Below, in pieces: positions 9,447-18,449 of a DNA stretch of 53,345 bases. Origin of the DNA: Mesotaenium endlicherianum (lineage: Eukaryota). The notes under the pieces were generated by a model. The model saw only the letters and a program-made list of their open reading frames with translations. It ran no database searches and was not told the origin of the DNA. The stretch covers positions 1-53,345 of the forward strand of contig WELA01003458.1 of assembly GCA_009602735.1 (NCBI GenBank). The letters are read 5' to 3'. Numbering within the stretch: the stretch's first letter is position 1; each line of letters opens with the position of its first letter. The position numbers were made by a program, and so were the translations under genes.

Positions 9447-9875
9447 TCAGATCAAATATGCCAGGCCGTTGTTTACCGGGTTGCACAGGTCAGCGATCTT
9501 CTTGCTGGCAAATATTTTATACGTCAGTTCACGCGCCGCTTTATACTCATAGTGTATGGGACAGGGCCGCGATGCTGAACATTTTTTCAAACCCAGTCCG
9601 CATTGTGTAAACAACTCTTTCCCTTCAATGGCATCGACTATATGAATAATAGGGCGTTTCAACTGCTCTCTGGAAATATGAAATCCACCCGAGGGTCCTT
9701 TCACACTGTTGATGATCCCCGCTCTTGCCAGCGTTTGCAATACCTTGCCCACTGTATGTTCGCTGGCATCTATATAGCCGGCAATTTCCCGGATACCGGC
9801 GTTATCGTTACCGTCCTGTTGAGAAGCCAGGTAAATAACGGCTTTAATGGCTGTCTGACTCATCTGGTTGAGCAT
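9447..9875 (-). CDS. Rrf2 family regulator with three Cys (NsrR-like Fe-S sensor)
   Basis: S.KGPSGGF wing motif; CGLGLKKCSASRPCPIH; last gene of the ric operon. Confidence 0.92.
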   Translation of the reverse strand: MLNQMSQTAIKAVIYLASQQDGNDNAGIREIAGYIDASEHTVGKVLQTLARAGIINSVKGPSGGFHISREQLKRPIIHIVDAIEGKELFTQCGLGLKKCSASRPCPIHYEYKAARELTYKIFASKKIADLCNPVNNGLAYLI

Positions 9876-9879
9876 AGTA

Positions 9880-10203
9880 TCAACGGTTTAAAAAAAGTTT
9901 ACCTGCCTCCGATATCCTGTCGTGCTTCCATGGCGGATCGAAACTCAGGTTGACTGCAATCTGTTCACCGGCAAAAATACTGGACAACACTTTTTCAACA
10001 GCATGGGTAATAGATGCCCCCATGGGACAAAAAGGGGTGGTCAGGGTCATGGTAACTTCTATTTTCTGGCAGGCGTCATCAAAATCCAACCGGTAAACCA
10101 GGCCCAGATCAACAATATTCAATCCGATTTCCGGGTCTATCACTTGTTGAAGCGCCGCCAGTGCAATAGTACACTTAATATTATTGTTGGTCATTACATT
10201 CAT
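9880..10203 (-). CDS. DUF59 / SufT-like metal-sulfur cluster assembly factor
   Basis: VIDPEIGLNIVDLGLVY, MTLTTPFCPMG, FDPPW. Confidence 0.95.
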   Translation of the reverse strand: MNVMTNNNIKCTIALAALQQVIDPEIGLNIVDLGLVYRLDFDDACQKIEVTMTLTTPFCPMGASITHAVEKVLSSIFAGEQIAVNLSFDPPWKHDRISEAGKLFLNR

Positions 10204-11465
10204 GTGTGAACCGGTTGATGCATGAATAGTTTAGCCACATTGAGGTTAAAAAGCAAAGAAGCAATTAACAGCAGTACCGAACCCGTTTGCAGAAATGGGA
10301 TCTGTTCCGTAAAAATGCCTGTCAGAAAAACGCTGAACCCAGTCATGTAAACCAATGCCATCGCCGCAAACCATTTATGACTGTATAGGTTGCCCGGGCC
10401 CTGCTTTTTATCTGAAACCACCGCATCATAGCGCCTTTTGTTCCAGATGATAAAAGGCAGCGTTTTAAATGTCATACCCAATATCAGGGTGGTGATCCAG
10501 CCAAAAAAGATCACAAAGCCATACGCTTTGAATAGCGCCAGTTTACCTGATGATACTCCCGGCGCAGCCAATAGTGACAAGAGAAGCAATACAGGTAAAA
10601 AAGTCATCACAATAGACAGAAGGGATATTTTCACCGGTGTATCGGTTGTTTTGCGAATACGTTCCTGGTATGCCCGCCGGCAGTAGTAACCAAATTGCAG
10701 TATCGCCGTTAACAAGCCGGTAAGAGGTACAAAATACCAGTCCGGGGGCGCCTGTCCCAGGAACAAAATAACAAAAGCAATAAGGCTTGCATTGATGAAC
10801 CAGTAAATGATTTTCAATAAGTGAACACTTTCATATTTCGACAACAGAAACATAGGTATCAGCCTGGTTCCCACGCCTACTATCATCAACAAGAACCAAC
10901 CGGCAATACCCATGTGTGCATGAAGAGAAAGATAATACAGGGAATCTTTTGAAAGTACATTGTTACTGAAATTGAATACCAGCAGCAAACCCACCAATGT
11001 GGTCAGTAATAACCAGCAGGCAGCAGCAACCATGAAAAGTCCATGCATGTTTTGATGCCGGCTCCTGGTATAACTACCCACCTGGTTAATCACATAACAA
11101 GCAACAGATACATTGATCAGTATAGCACCCGCCTGTGCGGGTATACCCATATCGAAAACGTAAAAAGCATATACCAGGAGCGGAATGCCGGCAGCCGCTG
11201 CAAAAAACGAAACATACGCCAACGTTTCGCTGAACAGATCACTTTCGGTAATAACGGGCATCAATTGATAACTGGCGCCCAGGATCATCATAGTGCCCCA
11301 ACCCAGGGCCATACTGTGTGTAACAGCCAATATATGGGGATGAAAATAATGTCCCGTAAATGCCTGAACCGACAAGCAAAGCAATGACATTGCCGCGCAT
11401 AATGATACGGCTGCATAACCATAGAAAGGCAATACTATTGTATGGGGTGTTGTTTTCGCGATCAT
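10200..11465 (-). CDS. Polytopic His-containing membrane protein (distant NnrS / heme-copper subunit I-like)
   Basis: About 12 hydrophobic segments; THSMALGW, LHAHMGIAGW and a third FVIFFGW repeat. Confidence 0.75.
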   Translation of the reverse strand: MIAKTTPHTIVLPFYGYAAVSLCAAMSLLCLSVQAFTGHYFHPHILAVTHSMALGWGTMMILGASYQLMPVITESDLFSETLAYVSFFAAAAGIPLLVYAFYVFDMGIPAQAGAILINVSVACYVINQVGSYTRSRHQNMHGLFMVAAACWLLLTTLVGLLLVFNFSNNVLSKDSLYYLSLHAHMGIAGWFLLMIVGVGTRLIPMFLLSKYESVHLLKIIYWFINASLIAFVILFLGQAPPDWYFVPLTGLLTAILQFGYYCRRAYQERIRKTTDTPVKISLLSIVMTFLPVLLLLSLLAAPGVSSGKLALFKAYGFVIFFGWITTLILGMTFKTLPFIIWNKRRYDAVVSDKKQGPGNLYSHKWFAAMALVYMTGFSVFLTGIFTEQIPFLQTGSVLLLIASLLFNLNVAKLFMHQPVHT

Positions 11466-11469
11466 TAGA

Positions 11470-12264
11470 TCAGCTTTTATAGATCAATAGTTGCACACCT
11501 TCATTTCCCAACTCCCTGATGCGATAACTAAAGCGTCGCTGTTCCAGTTCGGGTAACAGGAACACTGGTACTCTTTTGTGATGAACCAATAACGCCTCGC
11601 CAGGTTCCAGTTGATCCAATGTTTCCAGTATCTTCATCATAGGTAAAGGCATCGCAAGCATCCGCACATCCAATTCACGTAACCGGTGTTCAAAATCCGT
11701 CATTAACCGGTACCAGTCATCATGCATATCAGGTTTATCTTCCGGTATAGTGGTAGTTCCTTCCTTATAAAAAAAGGCTTCTACCACTCCGTTGTGCAAT
11801 GCTGTTGCATAGGAGGCAAATCCCTGTTTTTTTAACAACAGCATTAAAGGAGTAGGTTCAAAACTATTGATGATCTTCAATGCCTGTTGATCCTGTAATT
11901 GTTTCACTTGTTCAAGAATATCGGGAAGTGGATCTCTTCCCGCAGCAATGATGGGTCGCACATCCAGTTCAATGAAGTTGTCCGGGTATATCCGTGCTTC
12001 CGAATGAGTTAATGTTTTTACCGAATCCGCTGCCGTAGTCGTATCCACCTTAAAACCAAGCGGTTCCAGCTTATTGCGAAAATCATCAATGGTACAACCG
12101 GCAACTTTACAAGCCATGGCAACGCTGGTTCTTGCTGCCATCAGCTTGCGGATCAGGGGATTGCGTAATTTCTCAAAATGTGTACTAATGCCCATTATAG
12201 CATCCAATGCTCCCGGGTGTTCCTTGAGTATATTACTGATCTTAGTATTTGCATGAACTTCCAT
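11470..12264 (-). CDS. DUF1858 plus tandem DUF2249 domain protein
   Basis: ELDVRP...GRDP..INSFEPTPL and ELDVRML..PLPM..IL...HKRVPVFL repeats. Start set at ATG 12264. Confidence 0.85.
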   Translation of the reverse strand: MEVHANTKISNILKEHPGALDAIMGISTHFEKLRNPLIRKLMAARTSVAMACKVAGCTIDDFRNKLEPLGFKVDTTTAADSVKTLTHSEARIYPDNFIELDVRPIIAAGRDPLPDILEQVKQLQDQQALKIINSFEPTPLMLLLKKQGFASYATALHNGVVEAFFYKEGTTTIPEDKPDMHDDWYRLMTDFEHRLRELDVRMLAMPLPMMKILETLDQLEPGEALLVHHKRVPVFLLPELEQRRFSYRIRELGNEGVQLLIYKS

Positions 12265-13222
12265 TATCCGTGATTTGTTTTTCCCTCTCCACTGCTTTAG
12301 GGAATAAGATATTATTCTCCAGGTGGATATGCGTATACAGGTCTGTTTCAAATGCCGCTAACATTTTATACAGCAGGCTATAGCTGGCACAAGCATCTTC
12401 CGGAATGGCAAAACCTCCGCTGAGCGTCCTGATCTTATGCATGGCGGTCCCTACCAGCTCGTGTTCCATTTCCATCATGTTGATAGGGTTTTTTACTGTT
12501 CCGAAATGCGCTGCCTGGTGTAATTGAGACTGGTTACGAGCCGCCGCCAGGTCTTTTATGTAAGGGAATAATACTTTTTCCTCCTTCGTCATATGTGCCA
12601 TCATCTCTTCATAAATTACTTCCACCTGCCGCTGTATCTCTGCTAATTCAGGGTGCTCTTTGCCATGTACCCTTAACACTTTCAACGCATATCCCCTGAT
12701 CTCAGGAAGGTTTTTCCGTGTATAAGCATGGTGAACATTAACAATATAATCGGCCAAAAAGCCGGGCTCCCATTCGTTATAAGGAAGTGAAGCTGACACG
12801 GGCGCCTCGTTAGCTTGTTGCAGCTCCTGTTCAATCTTCACTATATCCAATCCTTTTTCCAAACAAGCTTCTTTCACCGTTTTCTTTCCCCCGCAACAGA
12901 AATCAAGTCCATTTTTTTTAAACACTGCTGCTTTGCGCAGGTCTTTTGCCGCTATTTCGCCAATCGTTTCGTCGTTTTCCTCGCTGGAACGCTTGGTAAT
13001 ATTCACTTTCCACCATCGGGGGCCTTGTTCAGTGTATTCCCATTTAAAAATATTTCCTCTCTCCCCCAATAGCTGGTAATACAGGGGCTTGGGGTCATGA
13101 TCGTTATGAATAGTCAATGTTTCTCCGTCATTGAGTTGATCAAAACGGTCGAAAATGGTTGGGTGCTTCTGGCGTGGCTCCAGCATTGTCACATCCAGGA
13201 TATTCTGATTGATTATTTCCAT
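12242..13222 (-). CDS. ric: Iron-sulfur cluster repair di-iron protein with N-terminal DUF2249 domain
   Basis: LDVT..EPRQKHPTIF..NDHDPKPLYYQ (DUF2249), LDFCCGG, HHAY, HMTKEE, EH, HIHLENNILFP. Start ATG 13222 lies downstream of the -7 box. Confidence 0.95.
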   Translation of the reverse strand: MEIINQNILDVTMLEPRQKHPTIFDRFDQLNDGETLTIHNDHDPKPLYYQLLGERGNIFKWEYTEQGPRWWKVNITKRSSEENDETIGEIAAKDLRKAAVFKKNGLDFCCGGKKTVKEACLEKGLDIVKIEQELQQANEAPVSASLPYNEWEPGFLADYIVNVHHAYTRKNLPEIRGYALKVLRVHGKEHPELAEIQRQVEVIYEEMMAHMTKEEKVLFPYIKDLAAARNQSQLHQAAHFGTVKNPINMMEMEHELVGTAMHKIRTLSGGFAIPEDACASYSLLYKMLAAFETDLYTHIHLENNILFPKAVEREKQITDNGSSCKY

Positions 13223-13246
13223 CGTGTTTATTTTTTGATGATAGCA

Positions 13247-13294
13247 CAAAATTAGACTTTTGTCAAAATAAAAGTATTTACTTACTTTTATTTT
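13247..13294 (-). promoter_or_regulatory. ric promoter with overlapping inverted-repeat operator (candidate Rrf2 site)
   Basis: TAATTTTG (-) at 13254-13247; perfect inverted repeat AAAATAAAAGTA-N6-TACTTTTATTTT at 13265-13294. Confidence 0.7.
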
Positions 13295-13324
13295 ACATAA
13301 AACGAAACAGAATCATGGAGGCAC

Positions 13325-13389
13325 CTGATTAAGATCAGGAGGCATGGTATTTGTATCATAATAAAAAAATCATCACTTTTATTTCTTTG
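13325..13389 (+). promoter_or_regulatory. Promoter of the second His-rich membrane protein with Crp/Fnr-type sites
   Basis: CTGAT-taag-ATCAG 13325-13338; half-site ATCAT ending at 13359; near-consensus TTTCTTTG 13382-13389. Confidence 0.6.
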
Positions 13390-13392
13390 CAT

Positions 13393-14607
13393 GTGCAAAT
13401 CGGAACATCTATACAACACCCTTCTTTACCCGTGTTGGAAAAGCGTTTATACCGGATCTCCTTATTCAATCTCTTTCTTGTTTCGCTTATTGGCTTGTAT
13501 CTGCGTTCTGCCCCGGTAGCAAGCATCTGGACCGGGTCGTATAAAAATATATTACACGCCCATTCTCATTTCGCATTTGGCGGGTGGATCATGCCGGCGC
13601 TGGTAGCCTTGATCATCCGGTTCTTTCCTGAACTGGCCAACACTATTACATACAAGCATTGGAGGAATCTTTCGGTACTGCTACTGATAGCCGCATATGG
13701 CATGCTGGGCAGTTTCCCCTTCCAGGGATATGGTCCGGTCAGTATTTGCTTTTCTACATTGTCTATCATTGCCTCTTTTTATCTCGCCTGGCTGGTGTGG
13801 CGCGCGAGGGTTTCAGGCAAAGACAGTATTGCGCATCAATTTCTCCGGGCAGGTCTGTTTTACCTGGTGCTTTCATCAGCCGGCCCGTTCGCCACTGCAC
13901 CTCTTATTGCCATGGGCAAGGCTGGTAGCGCATTATATTTCAACGTCATTTATTTTTATCTGCACTTTCAATACAATGGCTGGTTCACTTTTGCCTTACT
14001 GGCTGTATTATATAAAATAACCGGTCATGCACCAGGACGTTATAGTAAAAACGCCTTCGCATTATTTAACATCTCCTGTATTCCCGCTTATTTTCTTTCG
14101 GTATTGTGGAGCCATCCCGCTCCTGCATTTTTCATAATAGCCACAGTAGCTGCTATTTTACAGTTGATTGCGCTGTTTTACCTGCTGGCCGATATCGTTG
14201 ACAATAACAGTAACCGCCGGCTGAATGGTTTGGTAAGGTTATCGCTGGGCATATTTGCCATGAAGATCATCCTGCAGTTACTCGGCGCTTTCCCAGCCAT
14301 TGCAGACATGAGTTATCTTCACCGGAATTTTATCATAGCTTATCTCCACCTGGTATTATTAGGCTTCGTCACTTTCTTCATCATGGGTGCAATGCATTTG
14401 CATGAATCACCGACGGAAAGGTCTTCCAAAAAATGGAGCATTTTATTCATTGCTACCTGGGTATTCACAGAAGGATTGTTGTTATTGCAGGCCACAGGAG
14501 AAGTGGCAGATTTTCAGATACCCAATTTTACAACATGGTTGTTCCTTGCAAGCTGTTTTTTCCCGGTAGCCATTCTGGGTATCTGGGTTAAAGATCTTTC
14601 TTCCTGA
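13393..14607 (+). CDS. Polytopic His-containing membrane protein (distant NnrS / heme-copper subunit I-like)
   Basis: About 12 TM segments with HAHSHFAFGGW, YLHFQYNGWF and YLHLVLLGF. The ORF is open from 13351; the start is uncertain and GTG 13393 was chosen from the promoter position. Confidence 0.75.
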   Translation: MQIGTSIQHPSLPVLEKRLYRISLFNLFLVSLIGLYLRSAPVASIWTGSYKNILHAHSHFAFGGWIMPALVALIIRFFPELANTITYKHWRNLSVLLLIAAYGMLGSFPFQGYGPVSICFSTLSIIASFYLAWLVWRARVSGKDSIAHQFLRAGLFYLVLSSAGPFATAPLIAMGKAGSALYFNVIYFYLHFQYNGWFTFALLAVLYKITGHAPGRYSKNAFALFNISCIPAYFLSVLWSHPAPAFFIIATVAAILQLIALFYLLADIVDNNSNRRLNGLVRLSLGIFAMKIILQLLGAFPAIADMSYLHRNFIIAYLHLVLLGFVTFFIMGAMHLHESPTERSSKKWSILFIATWVFTEGLLLLQATGEVADFQIPNFTTWLFLASCFFPVAILGIWVKDLSS

Positions 14608-15355
14608 ATATTTTCAGTGTAAGGAGCAAGGGCAGCGCTATCCACAGCAGCATAATACCCGTGGTAAAAGCAATACCCCAACCACTTCCGAAAAAAGATT
14701 TATATAAAGCACCTGTATATCCCATCAGGGCGCTTACATCCATCTTCAGCATAATGAAAATGCGCCCAAGATCTATCGGGTTGAGTGCAGATAATAACAA
14801 AGTGAATTTTTCCATCGGGTAATCGCTGAAAGCGAATAATATCAGTAAAACAAGTCCGTCGTATATCAATGCAAAATAAAACCATAATAATAAAGCGGCG
14901 CCAATACCTTTTGCCTTATCCCTTGCTTTTACAGAAGCAAGGAATGCGATAGAAGTAAAAGCCAATGTGAGTGCCGATCCGGTAAGCAAAAACGCAATAC
15001 CTGTTGCATCAAAAGCATAAATCAATACCGGTATCCCCACTCCCACCAAATAAGCAGCGGTCAGAGATGCCGATACACCTACGTATTCGCTTAAAAGTAT
15101 CCGGGTGCGGCTTAATGGCTGCGACAGCATCAGTTCTATAAATTCATAAGAGTTATAATAATGTATAGTGGTGAAGATCATACTAATCAAGGGGATGACG
15201 ATCAGCACAATGGTAAGCAGGCTCATCAGGGCTTTACTTTGATTCTCTTCCAGTTGAAACAAGCTAAGCGAAACCAACAGCAAGAATAGCGTATATACAA
15301 TGATTACCCTGTTACGGAGAATATCATACAGCACATAACGTGATAGTTTTCGCAT
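14588..15355 (-). CDS. nosY: NosY ABC transporter permease
   Basis: ELMLSQPLSR and LNPIDLGR motifs, multi-TM, follows nosF. Confidence 0.9.
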   Translation of the reverse strand: MRKLSRYVLYDILRNRVIIVYTLFLLLVSLSLFQLEENQSKALMSLLTIVLIVIPLISMIFTTIHYYNSYEFIELMLSQPLSRTRILLSEYVGVSASLTAAYLVGVGIPVLIYAFDATGIAFLLTGSALTLAFTSIAFLASVKARDKAKGIGAALLLWFYFALIYDGLVLLILFAFSDYPMEKFTLLLSALNPIDLGRIFIMLKMDVSALMGYTGALYKSFFGSGWGIAFTTGIMLLWIALPLLLTLKIFRKKDL

Positions 15356-15363
15356 AAAGCTTA

Positions 15364-16131
15364 TTAATTTGATTGATTATTTGTTTCCAGCATCAACACC
15401 TCGTCAATCCACAATGCGCTCTTTTTCTCTCCGTTCATGATACGGGCGATGGCCTTTCCTAATTTCTCTTCGCCAGTTTCTTTTCGCAGCTGTTCTATGC
15501 CTTTCAAAAAGATCATTTTCCCTTCCTGCAAATACATAACATGAGTGGTAAGATCATCGAGGTCACTGAGAATATGTGAAGTGATGAGGATGAGTTTGTT
15601 TTTTTGTTTCTCCTCCATGATCTTGGCTTTCAATATTTCCGATGAAAGCGGGTCGAGACCGGCGGTTGGTTCATCCAGGATGAGGATATCGGGATTGAAA
15701 TAAAAAGCCAGGGCTGCACTCACTTTCTGCCTGGTGCCGCCACTCAGCGTGCGCATGGGCTTGTCAAAAATAGAAGCCAGGTTGAATTTCACGAGCAGGT
15801 CGGTATCCAGCGCTGCCTCCGTTTTCATCCGGATGTCTTTCATCATAGTAAACAATTGCCCTACCCTCATATTATCAGGATAACGGCCTATCTGTGGCAT
15901 ATAACCGATGTGTTCCCGGTAAGCCGGGTCGTTCCCAATCTGTTGCCGGTTGATGAATATTTTTCCGGCATCTGGTCTTACCAGGCCCAATAAGGTTTTG
16001 ATAAGTGTTGTTTTCCCCGACCCGTTAGGTCCGATCAGGGATACCACCTGCCCCTCTGCAAAGAGCGCATTGATATCATCCAACACTTGCAGTCGCTTGA
16101 ATTTCTTTTTCAGGTTTTCTATTCTGATCAT
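15364..16131 (-). CDS. nosF: NosF ABC ATPase
   Basis: GPNGSGKTT, LSGGTRQK, ILILDEPTAGLDP; nos context. Confidence 0.92.
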   Translation of the reverse strand: MIRIENLKKKFKRLQVLDDINALFAEGQVVSLIGPNGSGKTTLIKTLLGLVRPDAGKIFINRQQIGNDPAYREHIGYMPQIGRYPDNMRVGQLFTMMKDIRMKTEAALDTDLLVKFNLASIFDKPMRTLSGGTRQKVSAALAFYFNPDILILDEPTAGLDPLSSEILKAKIMEEKQKNKLILITSHILSDLDDLTTHVMYLQEGKMIFLKGIEQLRKETGEEKLGKAIARIMNGEKKSALWIDEVLMLETNNQSN

Positions 16132-17360
16132 ATTTTCAATGGCTTTATCATCGGCTGACGGTCTACCAGGTTCTCCGGTGTGAGGCTGGGTATGGCCTTT
16201 TCCGCCTTATCGAGAAGGGTTACCATGAAGCTTCTCATAAGGATCATGGTTCCGGGCGTTTGCTCCACAATCATGGAATACATACTTACCGGGTGATAGG
16301 GTACGTCGCCAACCCCGTTTCTATCGATATCATAGCCTTCATATTTATCCCAATAATTGTTGTGCAATTTGTTCAGCACCATGGTGCCATTAGTAGCCAA
16401 ATCGAAACTGTTGCCAAAAAAATTGTTGTGATGAAAAACGTTATCGTCGCAACTCGCCTGTACTTTAACCGCCCAGCCGTTATTTCTGAAAATATTGCGC
16501 TCTATCTCTATCCTGCTCGCGCCCTCCATATAAATACCCGTTGTGTTCTTAAGGAATAAGTTGCTAACAATATGGCTATCTGTGATCTCTTTCAGCAAAA
16601 GTCCATATGACGAAGCGCCCCAGTTTGCTTCAAAGTGGTTACGCTCCATGGTCACATGTTTGGAATACATCACAGCAACCCCGGCTCCGTTGTTACGAAA
16701 AATATTTTCGATATAATGATCACCATGGGAAAACATGAAATGCAAGCCATACCGGATATTTTTTTCACTCAGGTTCTTCCGGATAACCGATTCCGTTACA
16801 AATTCAAAATAGATGCCATCGCGGTAGCCGGTTACCTGGTTGCCTTCTATCAATGCATGGTTACTCTTCCATAAATGAATGCCATTGCCGGTCAATTGCT
16901 CCGTCTTGGGTATCCCTACAATCCTGTTGTTGCGGATAGTGCAGTAGGCTGCATTAGAAATATGAAAAGCGAAATAAGCATCATATACCAGGTTATCTTC
17001 CAGTAATACATAACTGGCATCAATCAGTTTTACCGCAGCATAATCGTTCAATGCCGAATAACCCGCATGATGGAATTGCAATTTTTTAATAGTAACATGG
17101 CTCCCGCTGATAACGAGTAATTCCTGTTTATGATCGCCATCCAGTATGGTATTGCCTTCACCCAAAACAGTGACCGGCCGGGTAATCACTATCCTGCCTT
17201 CTTTGTATACGCCATTGCGGAGCCTTATGGTATCGCCGTCCCTGGCCAGTTGCACAGCGGCTGTCAGTGTTTTCACAGGTTGCCCAACGCCCGCTACAAT
17301 GGTGCGGGCCAGCGTTACATGTGAACAGATCAACCACGATATGAGGAATAAAAACCGCAT
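16128..17360 (-). CDS. nosD: NosD maturation protein
   Basis: GNGIHLW, RDGIY, RYGLHFMFS, NYWDKYEGYD...GVGD.PY. Confidence 0.96.
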   Translation of the reverse strand: MRFLFLISWLICSHVTLARTIVAGVGQPVKTLTAAVQLARDGDTIRLRNGVYKEGRIVITRPVTVLGEGNTILDGDHKQELLVISGSHVTIKKLQFHHAGYSALNDYAAVKLIDASYVLLEDNLVYDAYFAFHISNAAYCTIRNNRIVGIPKTEQLTGNGIHLWKSNHALIEGNQVTGYRDGIYFEFVTESVIRKNLSEKNIRYGLHFMFSHGDHYIENIFRNNGAGVAVMYSKHVTMERNHFEANWGASSYGLLLKEITDSHIVSNLFLKNTTGIYMEGASRIEIERNIFRNNGWAVKVQASCDDNVFHHNNFFGNSFDLATNGTMVLNKLHNNYWDKYEGYDIDRNGVGDVPYHPVSMYSMIVEQTPGTMILMRSFMVTLLDKAEKAIPSLTPENLVDRQPMIKPLKI

Positions 17361-17364
17361 TGCT

Positions 17365-18396
17365 TTATTTCAATTTAGCCTGTACAGCTTCCCAGTCCAG
17401 TACAACATAAGATGATGTATCAACTATTTTTGCCTGGGCCGCAGCTTTTGTTTTAAAGCCGGCTGTATTGCCACCCATCGGACTTTTCAATGTGTTACCG
17501 TTTAAAAAACTGGCATCCTGGGCCTTGAGAAAAGTATTCGGCTGATCAAAATCAACGACCCAGGATTGCGCCAGTCCATTATCTTTCCGGTCATTCATGC
17601 GCATATAGGAAATCATACATTTCAGGTCATCGAATTTGTATGTCTTTCCTTTTCCAGTGATGATCTCGCCTCCATACCGGGTATCGCTGATGCCCATTTT
17701 ACAGAACGTGCAAAAATCTTTTCCTGGCTGAAAGGGTTCAGGTGATGCAGGAGAACATGCGTTCAGCAAAAACAGCATTATGCAAACTACAGCCACAGCA
17801 GGCGCCGCCCGCCTGCTCGCTTTTCTATGGCGATACCATTCCATAAACCATACCACGAAAGAGAGACAGCCGGCAGCGATCACTACCCATCCACCCACAC
17901 CGGGCAGGGAATAGGCATCGAAATTCAACAACCGCTTATGCCCTAACAATGGAGGCTGATAGGAAAGTCCCGGCACTTGTATAGGCGCTTTTGGATCCAG
18001 GTTATGCCCGTAATCATAGCCCCACTGGTAAAAATCATACATAGCCAGTAACCCGCCCAGGAGGGTGAGTAATAAATACAGGAATAAGACCTTTCGCTTG
18101 CCGGTAATAGCTACTGTTACACCCAGTAACATGAAAAACAACACCACATAAGGCAGGAAACGGAATTCCGGAAACATAGCAACTGTAATATGTTTCATGC
18201 CTATATAATGATTGAGGCCGTTGATCACATCCACATCACCCGATATTCCGTTGATCCATATATTCATGGTCAGTCCCTCCGGATACTGTGGTGCAAAAAG
18301 ATCAATACGCCATGCAGGAAGAAAGAAAACAACAATCAATGCTCCTGATGCAAATGCCACCAGTATCCGCGATACAATACTCAATTGATTGTTCAT
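17365..18396 (-). CDS. nosL: NosB-like membrane domain fused to NosL
   Basis: APQYPEGL, INGLNHYIGM, YGHNLDP.API (NosB-like) followed by CTFCKM, FDDLKCM, SPMGG (NosL). Confidence 0.9.
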   Translation of the reverse strand: MNNQLSIVSRILVAFASGALIVVFFLPAWRIDLFAPQYPEGLTMNIWINGISGDVDVINGLNHYIGMKHITVAMFPEFRFLPYVVLFFMLLGVTVAITGKRKVLFLYLLLTLLGGLLAMYDFYQWGYDYGHNLDPKAPIQVPGLSYQPPLLGHKRLLNFDAYSLPGVGGWVVIAAGCLSFVVWFMEWYRHRKASRRAAPAVAVVCIMLFLLNACSPASPEPFQPGKDFCTFCKMGISDTRYGGEIITGKGKTYKFDDLKCMISYMRMNDRKDNGLAQSWVVDFDQPNTFLKAQDASFLNGNTLKSPMGGNTAGFKTKAAAQAKIVDTSSYVVLDWEAVQAKLK

Positions 18397-18411
18397 ATTG
18401 ATAGGTTAATA

Positions 18412-18439
18412 TGCGGTCTCTTATTATAAAGAGACCGCA
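18412..18439 (-). terminator. Stem-loop between nosZ and nosL (partial terminator or mRNA stabiliser)
   Basis: 11-bp perfect stem tgcggtctctt / aagagaccgca with 6-nt loop and a weak U-tract. Confidence 0.6.
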
Positions 18440-18449
18440 CAAGATTTGC

